In this document: positions 44,540 through 55,074 of the stretch, in pieces | How the letters are laid out: each line of letters begins with the position of its first letter | Numbering within the stretch: position 1 is the first letter of the stretch | NCBI GenBank assembly: GCA_963765875.1 | Contig: CAVXYK010000029.1 | Location: 111,153 to 175,152, forward strand | From: an uncultured Chloroflexia bacterium | Lineage (GTDB): Bacteria; Chloroflexota; Anaerolineae; Caldilineales; Caldilineaceae | Direction: 5' to 3' | Length of the DNA: 64,000 bases | Made by a program: the position numbers and the translations under genes | Notes under the pieces: model-generated | The model's input: the letters and a program-made list of their open reading frames with translations, nothing else | Databases searched by the model: none | Told to the model about the DNA's origin: nothing

Positions 44540-46981
44540 TCATTTCTCGATCTCAAACTGACCGACTGCAATTGAATCACCGGCCGATGTGTCGTCTACT
44601 GAGACGGGTAGCCGTTCCAGCGTCGTGAAATCGTAGAAGCCAACGACGGCCGAGTACTCACCGCTTAGCAGGTCCTCTGGGAGGACGAGATGGACGGTCT
44701 CGTGGACCGGCATCAGTGGGTTCCACGCACTTGTGGGCAGAAACCCATCCAGCGGGGGACTGTCAGCTTGGGCTACGAGTTGCCCATCGGCATCGAGGAT
44801 GTGGACGAAACGCGTATAATCTCCAGTGACAGATTCATCGGTTCGCCAACGCAAATCAATAGAGACAGTGCCCCCTTCGGCGGATCGATTCTGCGCCAAC
44901 CCGGCGTTCGTCAGTTCGATTGAGTCACCGAAGCGTGCAAGAGGTTCCGTCGGCGCCTGCCCTGCATCGGGAGCCCCAACCGCCAGATAGCCGACTGTCA
45001 CCGGAGCGCCCAGGTCATCCGTGGTGCTGGGGTCATAGAAGCGGACATCGATGCGATAGTAGCCCGGTGGCGTATCTTCGGGCAGTGTGAACTCTTGGCC
45101 ATCGGGCCAAACATCGCCCGGCTTCCACTGTGAGGTCCTCGATCCGAACGGCCAACCGTCGGCACGCAGCAACTCCTGTCCATCCGCACCAACGACGCGC
45201 ACCTGCCGGTTGTAGTTTGCCTCCATCGGACGCAAACTCTGCAAATAGACGGTCAACAGTAAATCTTCGCCTGGCTTCAACAGACGATCAGGTATCGACG
45301 CACCGCCAAATTGAATGGCATCCCCCCATTGCGCCAGGGGAGAAAGCCAGAGAATGCTCTCGTCCGGCAGATTAACGGGCATGTACGCCTCGTCCTCTGC
45401 GTACGCGATCAGTGCGACTTCTTCGTCGGCATCGTCATCTTCCACCCCGGTCAGAATGGCTCGCGGCGGATCTGACTCGACAAGCGTCGACAATTCTTCC
45501 AATCCCACGATGTGAAAACGAGCACGATCGAGATCCGATACCAGCGGTGAAACGCGCCATGCAAAGGGCCCGGTGGCAAACTCGGGATAGATGGACGCGC
45601 CGCCCTCCAGCGCATAGAGCGGAGCCAGCGTCAATACGTTGCCTGCTGTGGAAGCGCCGCCTGTCACACCAGGAGCTGACACCAGATCTTCGACAAAACG
45701 GCCATAGCAGTGCGCCTTCGTCGGAAGCCACTGATCCGGCTGGTTCAACAACGCCAAACCGGGTGCGTAGACAGGAATAGCCACCAGAACTGCGGCTAAA
45801 CCGCCCAGGAAATAGGCGTAGATGCCGCCGGCACGTAACGACGACGGCCATGCCGAGAAGGCATCTACAATGCCGAGCAACGCAAGCGGAAAGAGCGGAT
45901 AGAAATATTGGGGCTGAGAAGGTGTTGCGCCAAACGCGCCGATCAGGGCAAAGAACATCAACAACAGAACGAAAGTCAATCTCAGACGTAGAGCAGTGTT
46001 GGCCTCCGAATTCTTGTCGGTCGAAACGGTACCGTTGGCCATTGGCCGGCGGCGAATGAGTCTTCGCAAGGGCCATAGGCTGACAGCCAACGCCACCAGT
46101 GTGATCAGGCTTGTCGGCTGCTCTACCAACATCGCGCCGGCATAGAGAAGCTTCTCGACCAGAAGTTGATAGCCCGATACCAAGCCAGTTCCGGTCTCCG
46201 TCGCAGCATCAGAAGCAACAGTCTGTTGAAAGAATCGCGTGTTCAACCCCACATAGTCGAGATTGCCGAACAGAAAGGCTTGAGGGGCACGGAAAAACGA
46301 CGCCAATACAGAAGCCAGGCCCAGCAATCCACCCGCAGAAAAGAGTATCGTGCCCACCATCCGTTCGCGCATCGACCGCGCCGGCGCAAGCCAGATCAGC
46401 AACAAGAATGGGGCGACGGTTAGAGCAAAGGAGAGGCGCGTAGCAGTCGCCAGCCCTATAAGCAGACCGCTCAGCAAGAACCAGACGACGTTGCGCCGTG
46501 AAACACATGCTTCCCCATGCACGATGACGGCCAGCAACATCAGAAAGAGCGGGAGATCATGGTTCCAGGCGCGGCCGCTTGTGTAGGTGAAGAGGGGGAG
46601 CGCCGCCATCCATAGCGCGGCAAGGGCCGAAAAGCGCCAGCGAGACCACGAAACATCAGTACGTGCACGCTGCCAGGCAAAAACGAAGACCAGGACCACC
46701 GAGAGCCAGCCGAAGAAGATCGAAAGCAGGCGACTGCTCAGCAGGAGCGAATCGAAGAGAGTGTAGAGCAGTGCATAGACGTAGACCAGCAGCGGCACAT
46801 GAAAGAATGCAAAATCTCGGTAGGGAACCAGACCGTCGCGTGCGATGAGGGCTGCACCAGCGATGAACTGGTGCTCGTCGTGGTTGAGCTCACGTCCCAT
46901 ATTCAGGCCAAAAAGCAGCAGGAAGAGCAAGGCCATCAGCAGCGCTGTCGCACCGCGCATCTTCCATACGGACGGATGCAT
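44540..46981 (-). CDS. GT-C-fold (GT39/ArnT-like) membrane glycosyltransferase-like protein with extracytoplasmic C-terminal domains
   Basis: ATG 46981 preceded by AAGGAGAG; the track TTG start at 47008 lies inside a repeat. RELNHDEHQFIAGAALI, more than 10 TM helices. C-terminal module FVHILDADGQLVAQADSPPLDGFLPTSAW...YSAVVGFYD. Confidence 0.65.
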   Translation of the reverse strand: MHPSVWKMRGATALLMALLFLLLFGLNMGRELNHDEHQFIAGAALIARDGLVPYRDFAFFHVPLLVYVYALLYTLFDSLLLSSRLLSIFFGWLSVVLVFVFAWQRARTDVSWSRWRFSALAALWMAALPLFTYTSGRAWNHDLPLFLMLLAVIVHGEACVSRRNVVWFLLSGLLIGLATATRLSFALTVAPFLLLIWLAPARSMRERMVGTILFSAGGLLGLASVLASFFRAPQAFLFGNLDYVGLNTRFFQQTVASDAATETGTGLVSGYQLLVEKLLYAGAMLVEQPTSLITLVALAVSLWPLRRLIRRRPMANGTVSTDKNSEANTALRLRLTFVLLLMFFALIGAFGATPSQPQYFYPLFPLALLGIVDAFSAWPSSLRAGGIYAYFLGGLAAVLVAIPVYAPGLALLNQPDQWLPTKAHCYGRFVEDLVSAPGVTGGASTAGNVLTLAPLYALEGGASIYPEFATGPFAWRVSPLVSDLDRARFHIVGLEELSTLVESDPPRAILTGVEDDDADEEVALIAYAEDEAYMPVNLPDESILWLSPLAQWGDAIQFGGASIPDRLLKPGEDLLLTVYLQSLRPMEANYNRQVRVVGADGQELLRADGWPFGSRTSQWKPGDVWPDGQEFTLPEDTPPGYYRIDVRFYDPSTTDDLGAPVTVGYLAVGAPDAGQAPTEPLARFGDSIELTNAGLAQNRSAEGGTVSIDLRWRTDESVTGDYTRFVHILDADGQLVAQADSPPLDGFLPTSAWNPLMPVHETVHLVLPEDLLSGEYSAVVGFYDFTTLERLPVSVDDTSAGDSIAVGQFEIEK

Positions 46982-47000
46982 CGAACTCTCCTTAGTGAGT

Positions 47001-47099
47001 GTCCGCAAATAACCTCCGGGAGGTGGTCACGAACGTTTGGCTGAACGAAGTGGTTCTGACCACCTCCCGGAGGTTCAAACCGCTCAGTTGTTTGCGGAC
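47001..47099. repeat. Long-hairpin repeat family 'ACCTCCGGGAGGT', variant copy
   Basis: GTCCGCAAATAACCTCCGGGAGGTGGTCA ... TGACCACCTCCCGGAGGTT...TTTGCGGAC. Confidence 0.75.
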
Positions 47100-47175
47100 A
47101 GTTACTTACTCGGTCTTCGGCGTCTATGTCTTTGGCGTCTACATCTTCGGCGTCTGTCGATGACGGTATTGCCAC

Positions 47176-48045
47176 TCACTGGTGCATGCGCCAGCCGCCG
47201 CCCACATAGAGCAACTGGCCCGTCATCCAGCGCGCCTGCTCGGAGGCCAAGAAGACCATGACATCAGCCACGTCCTCGGGCGTGCCCAGGCGGCCGAGCG
47301 GCGTGCCTTCGTTGATCATCGCCTCAGATTCTGGTGTGATATAGCCGGTCTGAATGGGGCCAGGGGCGAGAATGTTGACGGTGATGCCATATTTGCCTAG
47401 CTCGGCAGCAGCGGAGCGGCTGTAGGATTCGATGGCATGTTTGGAGGCGGCATAGCTGATATTGGCGGTGTGGGCATGCGCGGCGTCGGTGCTGGTATTG
47501 ATGATGCGCCCCCAGGTCGCGTCACGCGCCAGATAGCGCTTGACGTATTCGGCCATCATCAGGACCACGCCACGCGTGTTGACGGTGAAGTGCAGATCGA
47601 TTACATCGGCGGACGGCAGCGAAATGCCGGAGTCTTCATCACTGGTCAATGACGGATCAAACGTTTCGAGGATACAGACCGTGTGGTTGTTGATCAGCAC
47701 ATCGACCGGACCAAAGGCCGCCTCACAAGCGTCAAAGAGCCTGTGCACATTGGCGATGTCGCCCAGATCGGCCTCCGTTGCCGTTGCCTTTCCACCGGCA
47801 GCGCGGATCTCCCCGACCAATTCGTCGGTGGTCTGCTGCTGATAAGCGCGGTAGAGCTTGTCTCCACCGACCGCCTCATCTTTCGCACCGGCCAGTTCCG
47901 CCTCGGAATAGACGGTCGGTTCTCGGAAATACGAGACAAAGACCTTGGCCCCCTGAACGGCAAATGCGCGTGCAGTGGCTGCACCGATACCATGGTTGGC
48001 GCCGGTGATCAGGATGGTCTTGTCAGTCAGTTGCGGGTCGATCAT
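47176..48045 (-). CDS. SDR-family oxidoreductase
   Basis: KTILITGANHGIGAATARAF, YAASKHA, PGPIQT. Confidence 0.8.
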   Translation of the reverse strand: MIDPQLTDKTILITGANHGIGAATARAFAVQGAKVFVSYFREPTVYSEAELAGAKDEAVGGDKLYRAYQQQTTDELVGEIRAAGGKATATEADLGDIANVHRLFDACEAAFGPVDVLINNHTVCILETFDPSLTSDEDSGISLPSADVIDLHFTVNTRGVVLMMAEYVKRYLARDATWGRIINTSTDAAHAHTANISYAASKHAIESYSRSAAAELGKYGITVNILAPGPIQTGYITPESEAMINEGTPLGRLGTPEDVADVMVFLASEQARWMTGQLLYVGGGWRMHQ

Positions 48046-48132
48046 TGTTGAGCTCCTGGGTGTCTCGACCTACAAACATCGAATTTCAGCAGTTCACGAA
48101 TTCAAGCAAAACAAGATTCGGCTCTTTGAGCT

Positions 48133-48233
48133 ATTGTGGGGACATATGGAAACCCGACCTCCGGGAGGTGTCCAGGAAATCTCTGCCCCGACGGCCATTT
48201 TGTGGACACCTCCCGGAGGTCTCGCCCCACAAT
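48133..48233. repeat. Long-hairpin repeat family 'ACCTCCGGGAGGT', copy 2
   Basis: ATTGTGGGG...ACCCGACCTCCGGGAGGTGTCC ... GGACACCTCCCGGAGGTCTCGCCCCACAAT. Confidence 0.8.
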
Positions 48234-48373
48234 TCCTCACAGAGCCCAAGATTCTTCGCTGGTCATTTTCCAGAGCAAAGTAGTTCGGCAGACCTACTCA
48301 GAATGACAATTCGTGAAGTACTATATTTCGCAATAGTGATGCGTCGCAGCCGGACATCGGCTATCACCGGCGA

Positions 48374-49712
48374 TCACTGGCTCTCTGATGAAGAGTTCAG
48401 AGAGCGTGCACAGCGAAACCCGCCTTGAGGCGCTCGAAAGTGCGGATCATCGCCTTTGTGCCCTGAATGGCGATAGGTCGTCATGCGATAGTTCCAGCCT
48501 TCCCGATAACATCCTCCCCGTGTCACGTGCCAATAGGACTCTTCCGGCCCCTGCGGGTTGTAGTATGGCGAATACTGATAGTAGCCGTCTTCCCATTTAT
48601 CGTTCACCCATTCCTTGACGTTGCCGGCCATATCAAATAGGCCATAGGGACTCACGTTGCCGACCAGAGAACCGACCTGGCGCGTCTGCTCGGGCAGACC
48701 GCAATCCCCTGAGGCCCGCAAATAGTTGAGGAGATCACAGGTGGGCGCTTCATCCCCCCAGGGCCAGGAGCGCATATCAACACCTCTAGCGGCCTTCTCC
48801 CACTCGGCTTCGGTCGGCAGACGCATCCCCTGCCAGGCGCAGTAGTCTTGGGCATTCTGCCATGACACATAGACGACCGGATAATAGTTGAACTTTTCGT
48901 CAGAGAAATATCGAGATCTTCCCTCTCCGTCTGCACTCGCGAGACGCGGGCGATCACAGTACCCTTCGACCACGCAGGTTCGATACTGGATATTGGTCAC
49001 CTCGTACTTACTCATCTCGAAACTATCCAGATAGACGGGATGCATGGGCATCTCATGCAAATTGCACGGCCACGCCGATATCCCTGGATAGCAGCCCATT
49101 TGGAACTCACCGGCCGGCACGACTCTCGTACTGTAGATGTCAGGCGGATCCGGCACAGGCGGCATGATCGTGAACGACCAGATCGGCCCAAACAGGGTCT
49201 GAGCGGAAGGACTTGTGGCGACAACCTGCCAGAAATACGTAGCGCCAAATTCCATCGTCGCCGTATCGAGAAAGCCGCCGGTTAGATTGCCGGCGATCAG
49301 CGAAATCGGGTTGGGGTTGTTTATGTCCATGTAGACATGAAAGCGATAGTCGCTTGGGTTGTCGACATCTAGCTCCCAGGCAAGGAAGATGGTCGGGCTC
49401 TGATCGGTCGCATTTTGGGATGGATGGGGGTTCTTGAGCTTGCTCGACTCATGAATGAAGGGCAGGAAATACGCATTGATCGCCGAGTCGTCGGAAGGGG
49501 CGGATGAGCGTGACTGTGATGAAGTCGAGTCGATGGCCGGATCCGGTTCGTACGAGGCGGCATCGATCTGGAAGCGAACGATAAGAAGAAACGAACAAAA
49601 AAACAGAGACTATCGCCACGATTATTGCGAGGGTGCGAGCGGCGGCAATTGCCAATGCTCGCTTCTGTATGCCATAATTGCAGCTTATTGATCTACCCGA
49701 TATAGAAGACAT
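48374..49712 (-). CDS. Membrane-anchored FGE-sulfatase (SUMF1) domain protein, one apparent frameshift near 49590-49600
   Basis: ORF 49449..49712 gives the TM anchor ALAIAAARTLAIIVAIVSVFLFV. After a T7/A7 run, the frame of ORF 48374..49330 is already open (..FQIDAASYEPD..). FGE motifs: YLDSFEMSKYEVTN, YPVVYVSWQNAQDYCAWQGMRLPTEAEWEKAARG, GNVKEWV, GFRCARS. Confidence 0.75.
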
Positions 49713-49833
49713 TATTCACCTATTTTCGACTGTCTAGCCCTTGCCGATATCGTATCGACTCAGGATCACGATCGGTCAGATACAGTGAAATTCTATCATA
49801 GGTTTGCGAGTAGAGAACACATTGAACCAGAAC

Positions 49834-52041
49834 ATGAATAGCCAAAAGACCGACGTTGCCAATGTGTTAGTCATCATGATTGCCGCACTGCTCGTACTTC
49901 GGCCCTTTTGGTCCTACGGCATGCCAAATGCCAACGATTTTCTGATGAGCGTGCACCGAGTCTTCGAACTGAAGACCGGATGGGAACTAGGCATCTTCTT
50001 TCCCAGATTCGGCGCGGATCTCACATTTGGATATGGCGCACCCCTCTTTCAGTTCTATCCGCCGCTGGCCAGCTATCTCGCCTTAATCTTCCACTGGTTT
50101 GGGCTGGGCTATGTCGATGCGTTGAAAGCCGTCTTGACGTTTAGCATGCTCTCCGGAAGCATCGGCGTATACTTCTATGCACGTTTTCTACTGCGCGACA
50201 GATGGGTTGCATTGACGAGCAGTTTGCTCTATCTGCTTACCCCCTACTTGTTGACCATCGTCTATGAACGCGGGGCCGTTGCCGAATCGATGACATGGGC
50301 GCTATTGCCCTGGTTTTTTCTATTCGCCCACCGCTGCTACAAGTACCCGAGACGGAAAGATGCGGCCATTCTCGCCGCCGTCGTAGCCTTGATGATTCTG
50401 GGGCACAATGCGACCGCCATGTTTGTTGTGCCCGGGGTCGCCCTCTTCATTTTTTTGCTCGCGCTCTTCGATCGCAACTGGCGACCGCTATTCATCGTCG
50501 CCGGCACCTTCCTGCTTGGAGCCGGAATCAGCGCGTTCGATTGGATGCCCGCACTCGGAGAACTTCACTATACCAACACGAGCGATATCATGCTCAATGC
50601 GGGCACCGATGTCCGCAACAATGTTGTGTCGTTGACGAATCTGATTCAGACCACGCTGGCCCATCAATTTGTCGGCCCCCAACGTTTCCGCTATTCGCTC
50701 TGGCCCTTTGTGCTCGGTCTCTGCGTTTTCATCCCATTAGTCATCCGACGGGGAAAAGTGCCGGCCATTACCTGGCTCTTTGGCGCGGCATGGGGCCTCA
50801 TCCTCATCCTACAAACAGATTTCGCTCTGAATTTCTGGACCGATGTCCCGTTTGTGGATTTCATTCAATTCCCGTGGCGGCTATACGGTTTTGCATCCTT
50901 CAGCATCGTCATGCTTGCGGGAACGGCTTTCATGGTAACCAAACCATCAAGCCGCACCGGGCTATGGGTCTGGGCCGTAACGATGGGGGCCGTGGTCGCG
51001 ATCGCATGGTATGCTGGGACCACCAACGCATCGCCGGGAAAGCTGTCGCTTTGGGCACAGATGGATGAGGGCCAGATCTCCAAACAGCAAATGTGGGAGC
51101 GAGGGGTTTCCGACTACCCCTTGTTTGATGATTATTCACTCACGACCCAGCAACTGCGCACGGCGCATCTGGCATTATCGCGTCCGGCAGAAGAAGGCAG
51201 TATTCTGCCGCCGACCAACACGCCCAGCATCAACGTAATCTCAGAGCATCCGATGCGCTATGTGCTCAATGTGCATGCCCCGCAGCCATGGACATTGAGG
51301 CTCCATCGTCTCTATTTCCCCGGATGGCAGATCTACCAGGACGGCGCTCCGGTTGAGACCAGGGCCGACGGCGTTGCAGGCCTGGTGACGGCGGAGTTGC
51401 CGGCCGGCGACTATCGTGTAGAGGCCAAGTTCGGTGATTCCCTCCTGCGCACCATCGCCACGCTTCTTTCAGTGCTGTCGCTGGCGATCTGGATCACACT
51501 GCTTGTCCGCTCCGGGACCGGCTGGATCGATCTGCTGATCATCGCGATTCTTGCTATCGGCATCGGCGTCTCAGTTCGCCTTCTGTCAGATTTCGGCAAA
51601 CAGCCCTATCAGCCGACTGCCTTTGAGACCCGTTTTGAAGGCGATGTCACACTCTACGGCTATCACCTACCGCCCGCGGCGCTCTGTGCCGGCGACCAGG
51701 TCCCCTTACGGCTCTACTGGTTTGTGAGCAAGACGCCTGAGGTCGATCTCAAGTACTTCATTCACATCAACAACCCGGAAGAGGATCGCATTGTCGCCCA
51801 ATTCGATAGCATACCCTTCGACGGGTTCAGCCCCATGACGCGCTGGGAATCGGGCGAATTGGTGCCCGATGAAAAGATGCTTGCGATCCCCGCCGATATC
51901 GCTCCAGGTGTCTACCAGGTCCTCGTCGGCCTCTATGACCCGGTAACCGTGCAAAATCAGATCGTGTTGGATGCGCCGGACGTGTTGCCCGGGGAGCGGC
52001 TGCCTTTGACTGAACTGGAGATCGTCGCTTGTCCCGAGTAG
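49834..52041 (+). CDS. GT-C-like polytopic membrane protein (YfhO / PTPS-related membrane protein-like) with the shared C-terminal module
   Basis: ATG 49834. NANDFLMSVHRVFELKTGWELGIFFPRFGADLTFGYGAPLFQFYPPL, many TM helices. C-terminus FIHINNPEEDRIVAQFDSIPFDGFSPMTRWESGE...YQVLVGLYDP. Confidence 0.6.
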   Translation: MNSQKTDVANVLVIMIAALLVLRPFWSYGMPNANDFLMSVHRVFELKTGWELGIFFPRFGADLTFGYGAPLFQFYPPLASYLALIFHWFGLGYVDALKAVLTFSMLSGSIGVYFYARFLLRDRWVALTSSLLYLLTPYLLTIVYERGAVAESMTWALLPWFFLFAHRCYKYPRRKDAAILAAVVALMILGHNATAMFVVPGVALFIFLLALFDRNWRPLFIVAGTFLLGAGISAFDWMPALGELHYTNTSDIMLNAGTDVRNNVVSLTNLIQTTLAHQFVGPQRFRYSLWPFVLGLCVFIPLVIRRGKVPAITWLFGAAWGLILILQTDFALNFWTDVPFVDFIQFPWRLYGFASFSIVMLAGTAFMVTKPSSRTGLWVWAVTMGAVVAIAWYAGTTNASPGKLSLWAQMDEGQISKQQMWERGVSDYPLFDDYSLTTQQLRTAHLALSRPAEEGSILPPTNTPSINVISEHPMRYVLNVHAPQPWTLRLHRLYFPGWQIYQDGAPVETRADGVAGLVTAELPAGDYRVEAKFGDSLLRTIATLLSVLSLAIWITLLVRSGTGWIDLLIIAILAIGIGVSVRLLSDFGKQPYQPTAFETRFEGDVTLYGYHLPPAALCAGDQVPLRLYWFVSKTPEVDLKYFIHINNPEEDRIVAQFDSIPFDGFSPMTRWESGELVPDEKMLAIPADIAPGVYQVLVGLYDPVTVQNQIVLDAPDVLPGERLPLTELEIVACPE

Positions 52042-55000
52042 CCCATTCCAGACGGCTGTGGATTGAGCTGCTATTGGTGGCATTACTCACCGCCGTTGCA
52101 CTCTTCATTCGCACCTTTCAACTGCAAACATTCCCCCCAGGCCTGTACATTGATGAAGCAGCCTACGCTCTCGACGCGCTCTCAGTGCTTGACGGCGATT
52201 TCGCCGTTTTCTTCCCGCGCAACAATGGCCGAGAACCCTTCTTCATCTACGTTCTGGCCCTCGTCTTCTCTCAGCTCGGCTCGACCGCCTACACGGTCCG
52301 CCTGACGGCAGCCATCTGTGGATCGCTCACGGTGGCGACGTCCTACTGGATGGTGCGAGAGATGTTCAAGTTCGGCGGCTACTTCCGCTCGGCACGCTGG
52401 TATGCTGCCTGGACAGCACTCTTTCTGACATTTTCGTACTGGCACATCAGCTTGAGCCGGCTTGGATTCCGGGCAATCACGTTGCCGCTCGTCACGACCG
52501 TAGCATTTGCGCTCATGTGGCACACGTGGCGACGTCTGCGTGATGGGACCGGCCTGCCATGGAGTTGGGCGATTGCCACCGGCGCAGCGTTGGGTCTCAC
52601 GGTCTACACCTACACGGCCGGACGCATGGCCCCGTTCCTGTTTTTGGCCATCGGCATGATCACGCTGATCTTCGCACATCACCTGAGCATGGACCGTGGT
52701 CGCGTCATCAAGGTCACGCTGTTGATCGTGGCGTCCATGTTGGTGGCCATGACGCCGCTGATCAGCTACTTCGTCACACACCCGGCTGCGTTTAGCGAAC
52801 ATGCGGCAATGGTTTCGGTCTTCAGCAATGAATTCACTGACGACGGCCCAATTGTGGCCATCCTGAAGAACAGCGCAAAGATGGCGCTCTTCTTTGTGAC
52901 AGAACCAGACAAGAATCCGCGCCACAATCCTGCTCAAATCCCCGCCTTCGACCCCCTCCTGGCGCTCTGGTTGGCGGCCGGCATCGGCATCGCAATCATC
53001 CAATGGCGCAAGCTGCCGTCCCTGTTCAGTCTGCTTTGGTTCCTCTGTTTCCTTGCCCCCGCTCTGCTCTCTGCAGAGGGGATGCCCCATTCATTGCGCG
53101 CCATCGGCCTGCTGCCCATCGTCTACGTACTGCCCTTAATCGCAATGGGGTGGACGACAACCAGAACGCCGCCTCGCTTCGATTCGATTGTGCGATGGCT
53201 GCCGTTGCCCTTCCTCTTGATCTCGGGCATCCTCGGCGTCAACAGCTACTACAGCGTTATCGATGAACCGGACCGGTTCGCAGCGCCCTTCTTCGTCAAA
53301 TTCTGGGAGCTATCGCTCTCGTTACAAGACAATCCCGACGATACTGTCTGGGTGCTGCCTTTGCCGCCAGGTGAAGATCTCACCGATCATCGCCTGTACA
53401 CGACTGAATTCGGACTGCGCGACCCCAACGTTCTGGTGACGATTCCACTTGATGAAGCGACGCTGCCCACGGATTTGGCGCGGCTGACGGAGGGGAAGCG
53501 TGTTGTCAATGTGTTGCGCACCTATGGAGAGGAAGGCCTCACCTACTACGACACTCGATTCATGGATCCGAAAGGCCGTCTTGATCTTCATTTGCGTCGC
53601 AATACCGACGCGCCGATCACACAGGGGGAGTGGACGGGAATCCCATACACATCCTATCCCCTGATAGAGTCGCCTGACTTCGAATTGCCGGAGACGGGAG
53701 AACCGACCGATATCCTCTTTGGCGACCTGGTACGCCTGACTGCGGCCAACATCGGGGTCACCGCGGCAAGCGAGTCGACGATCGACGATTCTGAAGAGAC
53801 TGCGGGTCCAGGGGGTGGCGAGCTGGTCCAGGATGTAGCGCATATCGCCAACGACCAGTCTGCTTGGGTCGTGTTGAACTGGCAAGCCGAAGAGGAGATC
53901 GAGGGCTATCTGAAGACGAGCCTGGTCTTGCGCAGCCAGACCGGGGAGTTTGCCGGGCAGATTGACGGCTTCCTGACTGGGGAGCGCTTCCCCAGGCACC
54001 CGGTCTGGAACGCCGGTGACGCCGCTAAGACCTACCACATCGTCGAACCGCTGCCGGCGCTGCCGCCGGGCCGATACACCCTCGCACTCACCGTGTACGA
54101 CGATGAATCAGGTCGGACCTATCAGGCTCAGATGCCTGATGGGACAGTCACCACAAATGTACCATTGGCGATCATCGAGATTTCGCCGCCACTGACGCCG
54201 GGCGCGGACAGCAGTCCACAGATCCCGTTGACGGATGCCTTCCTGGCCGACGATCTGCAGGTCGTCGGCATAGATCTGCCGAACTCGTTGGTCTCGCCGG
54301 GCGACACGATTCCGGTTACGCTTCATTTCCGTGCAATCGAGGTCCCCCAGGAGGACTACGTCGTCGCAGTCGAACTGCGCGACGAAGACGGCAAGCTGAT
54401 CCAGCAAGTTGAAGCGCCGCCCGGCGGAGACGGCTTCCCTACCAGTCAATGGCGAACAGGCGAAGTCATACGAAGTCAGTACAGGCTTCCCCTGGAAGCA
54501 GATACGGAATCCGGTGAATATACGCTCTCTGCCACAATGGCCGGAACCGAACCAGCGGAACCAACGGTCGTGGTTCTTGCCTCCGTCAGCGTGAACAACC
54601 GGCCCCGTCTGCTCATTGCCCCGCCCATGACCCATGAGATGGATGTCTCGTTCGAATCAGCCATTCGTCTGGCGGGCGTGGATGCACAAGAAGCGATATC
54701 TGTTCGACCGGGCGACGTCGTCACAACGACGCTGGTCTGGCAACCGACAGCGACCAGCACCAACGAAGCGTTGACTCGTTCCGCCCAACTCCTCAACGCA
54801 GAAGGGCAATTGGTCGCGCAGGAGGATACGATCCCCTGCGGCGGTTCATGTCCGGCCACATCTTGGCTGGCCGACGAGTATTTGCTCGACGACACTGCGG
54901 TCAGCTTGCCGGGCGATTTAGCTCCGGGCACGTACACACTCATTGTCGGATTCTATGATCCGACCACACAGAGCCGCCTGGTTGCAACAGATGAAAACGG

Positions 55001-55058
55001 AACGGCGCTGCCCAACAATATGGCCGCCCTTCCATTCAGTGTGATCGTGGAAGAATGA
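52029..55058 (+). CDS. GT39/ArnT-like membrane glycosyltransferase-like protein with three C-terminal repeat modules
   Basis: TTG start overlapping the upstream stop. FQLQTFPPGLYIDEAAYALDALSVLDG...NNGREPFFIY. About 400 aa TM region, then three copies of the ...VAQ.D..P..G.PTS.W...Y.L..G.YD module. Confidence 0.7.
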   Translation: MSRVAHSRRLWIELLLVALLTAVALFIRTFQLQTFPPGLYIDEAAYALDALSVLDGDFAVFFPRNNGREPFFIYVLALVFSQLGSTAYTVRLTAAICGSLTVATSYWMVREMFKFGGYFRSARWYAAWTALFLTFSYWHISLSRLGFRAITLPLVTTVAFALMWHTWRRLRDGTGLPWSWAIATGAALGLTVYTYTAGRMAPFLFLAIGMITLIFAHHLSMDRGRVIKVTLLIVASMLVAMTPLISYFVTHPAAFSEHAAMVSVFSNEFTDDGPIVAILKNSAKMALFFVTEPDKNPRHNPAQIPAFDPLLALWLAAGIGIAIIQWRKLPSLFSLLWFLCFLAPALLSAEGMPHSLRAIGLLPIVYVLPLIAMGWTTTRTPPRFDSIVRWLPLPFLLISGILGVNSYYSVIDEPDRFAAPFFVKFWELSLSLQDNPDDTVWVLPLPPGEDLTDHRLYTTEFGLRDPNVLVTIPLDEATLPTDLARLTEGKRVVNVLRTYGEEGLTYYDTRFMDPKGRLDLHLRRNTDAPITQGEWTGIPYTSYPLIESPDFELPETGEPTDILFGDLVRLTAANIGVTAASESTIDDSEETAGPGGGELVQDVAHIANDQSAWVVLNWQAEEEIEGYLKTSLVLRSQTGEFAGQIDGFLTGERFPRHPVWNAGDAAKTYHIVEPLPALPPGRYTLALTVYDDESGRTYQAQMPDGTVTTNVPLAIIEISPPLTPGADSSPQIPLTDAFLADDLQVVGIDLPNSLVSPGDTIPVTLHFRAIEVPQEDYVVAVELRDEDGKLIQQVEAPPGGDGFPTSQWRTGEVIRSQYRLPLEADTESGEYTLSATMAGTEPAEPTVVVLASVSVNNRPRLLIAPPMTHEMDVSFESAIRLAGVDAQEAISVRPGDVVTTTLVWQPTATSTNEALTRSAQLLNAEGQLVAQEDTIPCGGSCPATSWLADEYLLDDTAVSLPGDLAPGTYTLIVGFYDPTTQSRLVATDENGTALPNNMAALPFSVIVEE

Positions 55059-55074
55059 TCGCAAGAAAGAGTGG

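Noticed and set aside
47100-47165. Three tandem ~15-nt units CTTYGGCGTCTRY between the SDR gene and the GT-C gene
   Set aside because: The units are real but very short and degenerate, with no evidence for an operator function. Not worth a separate finding.
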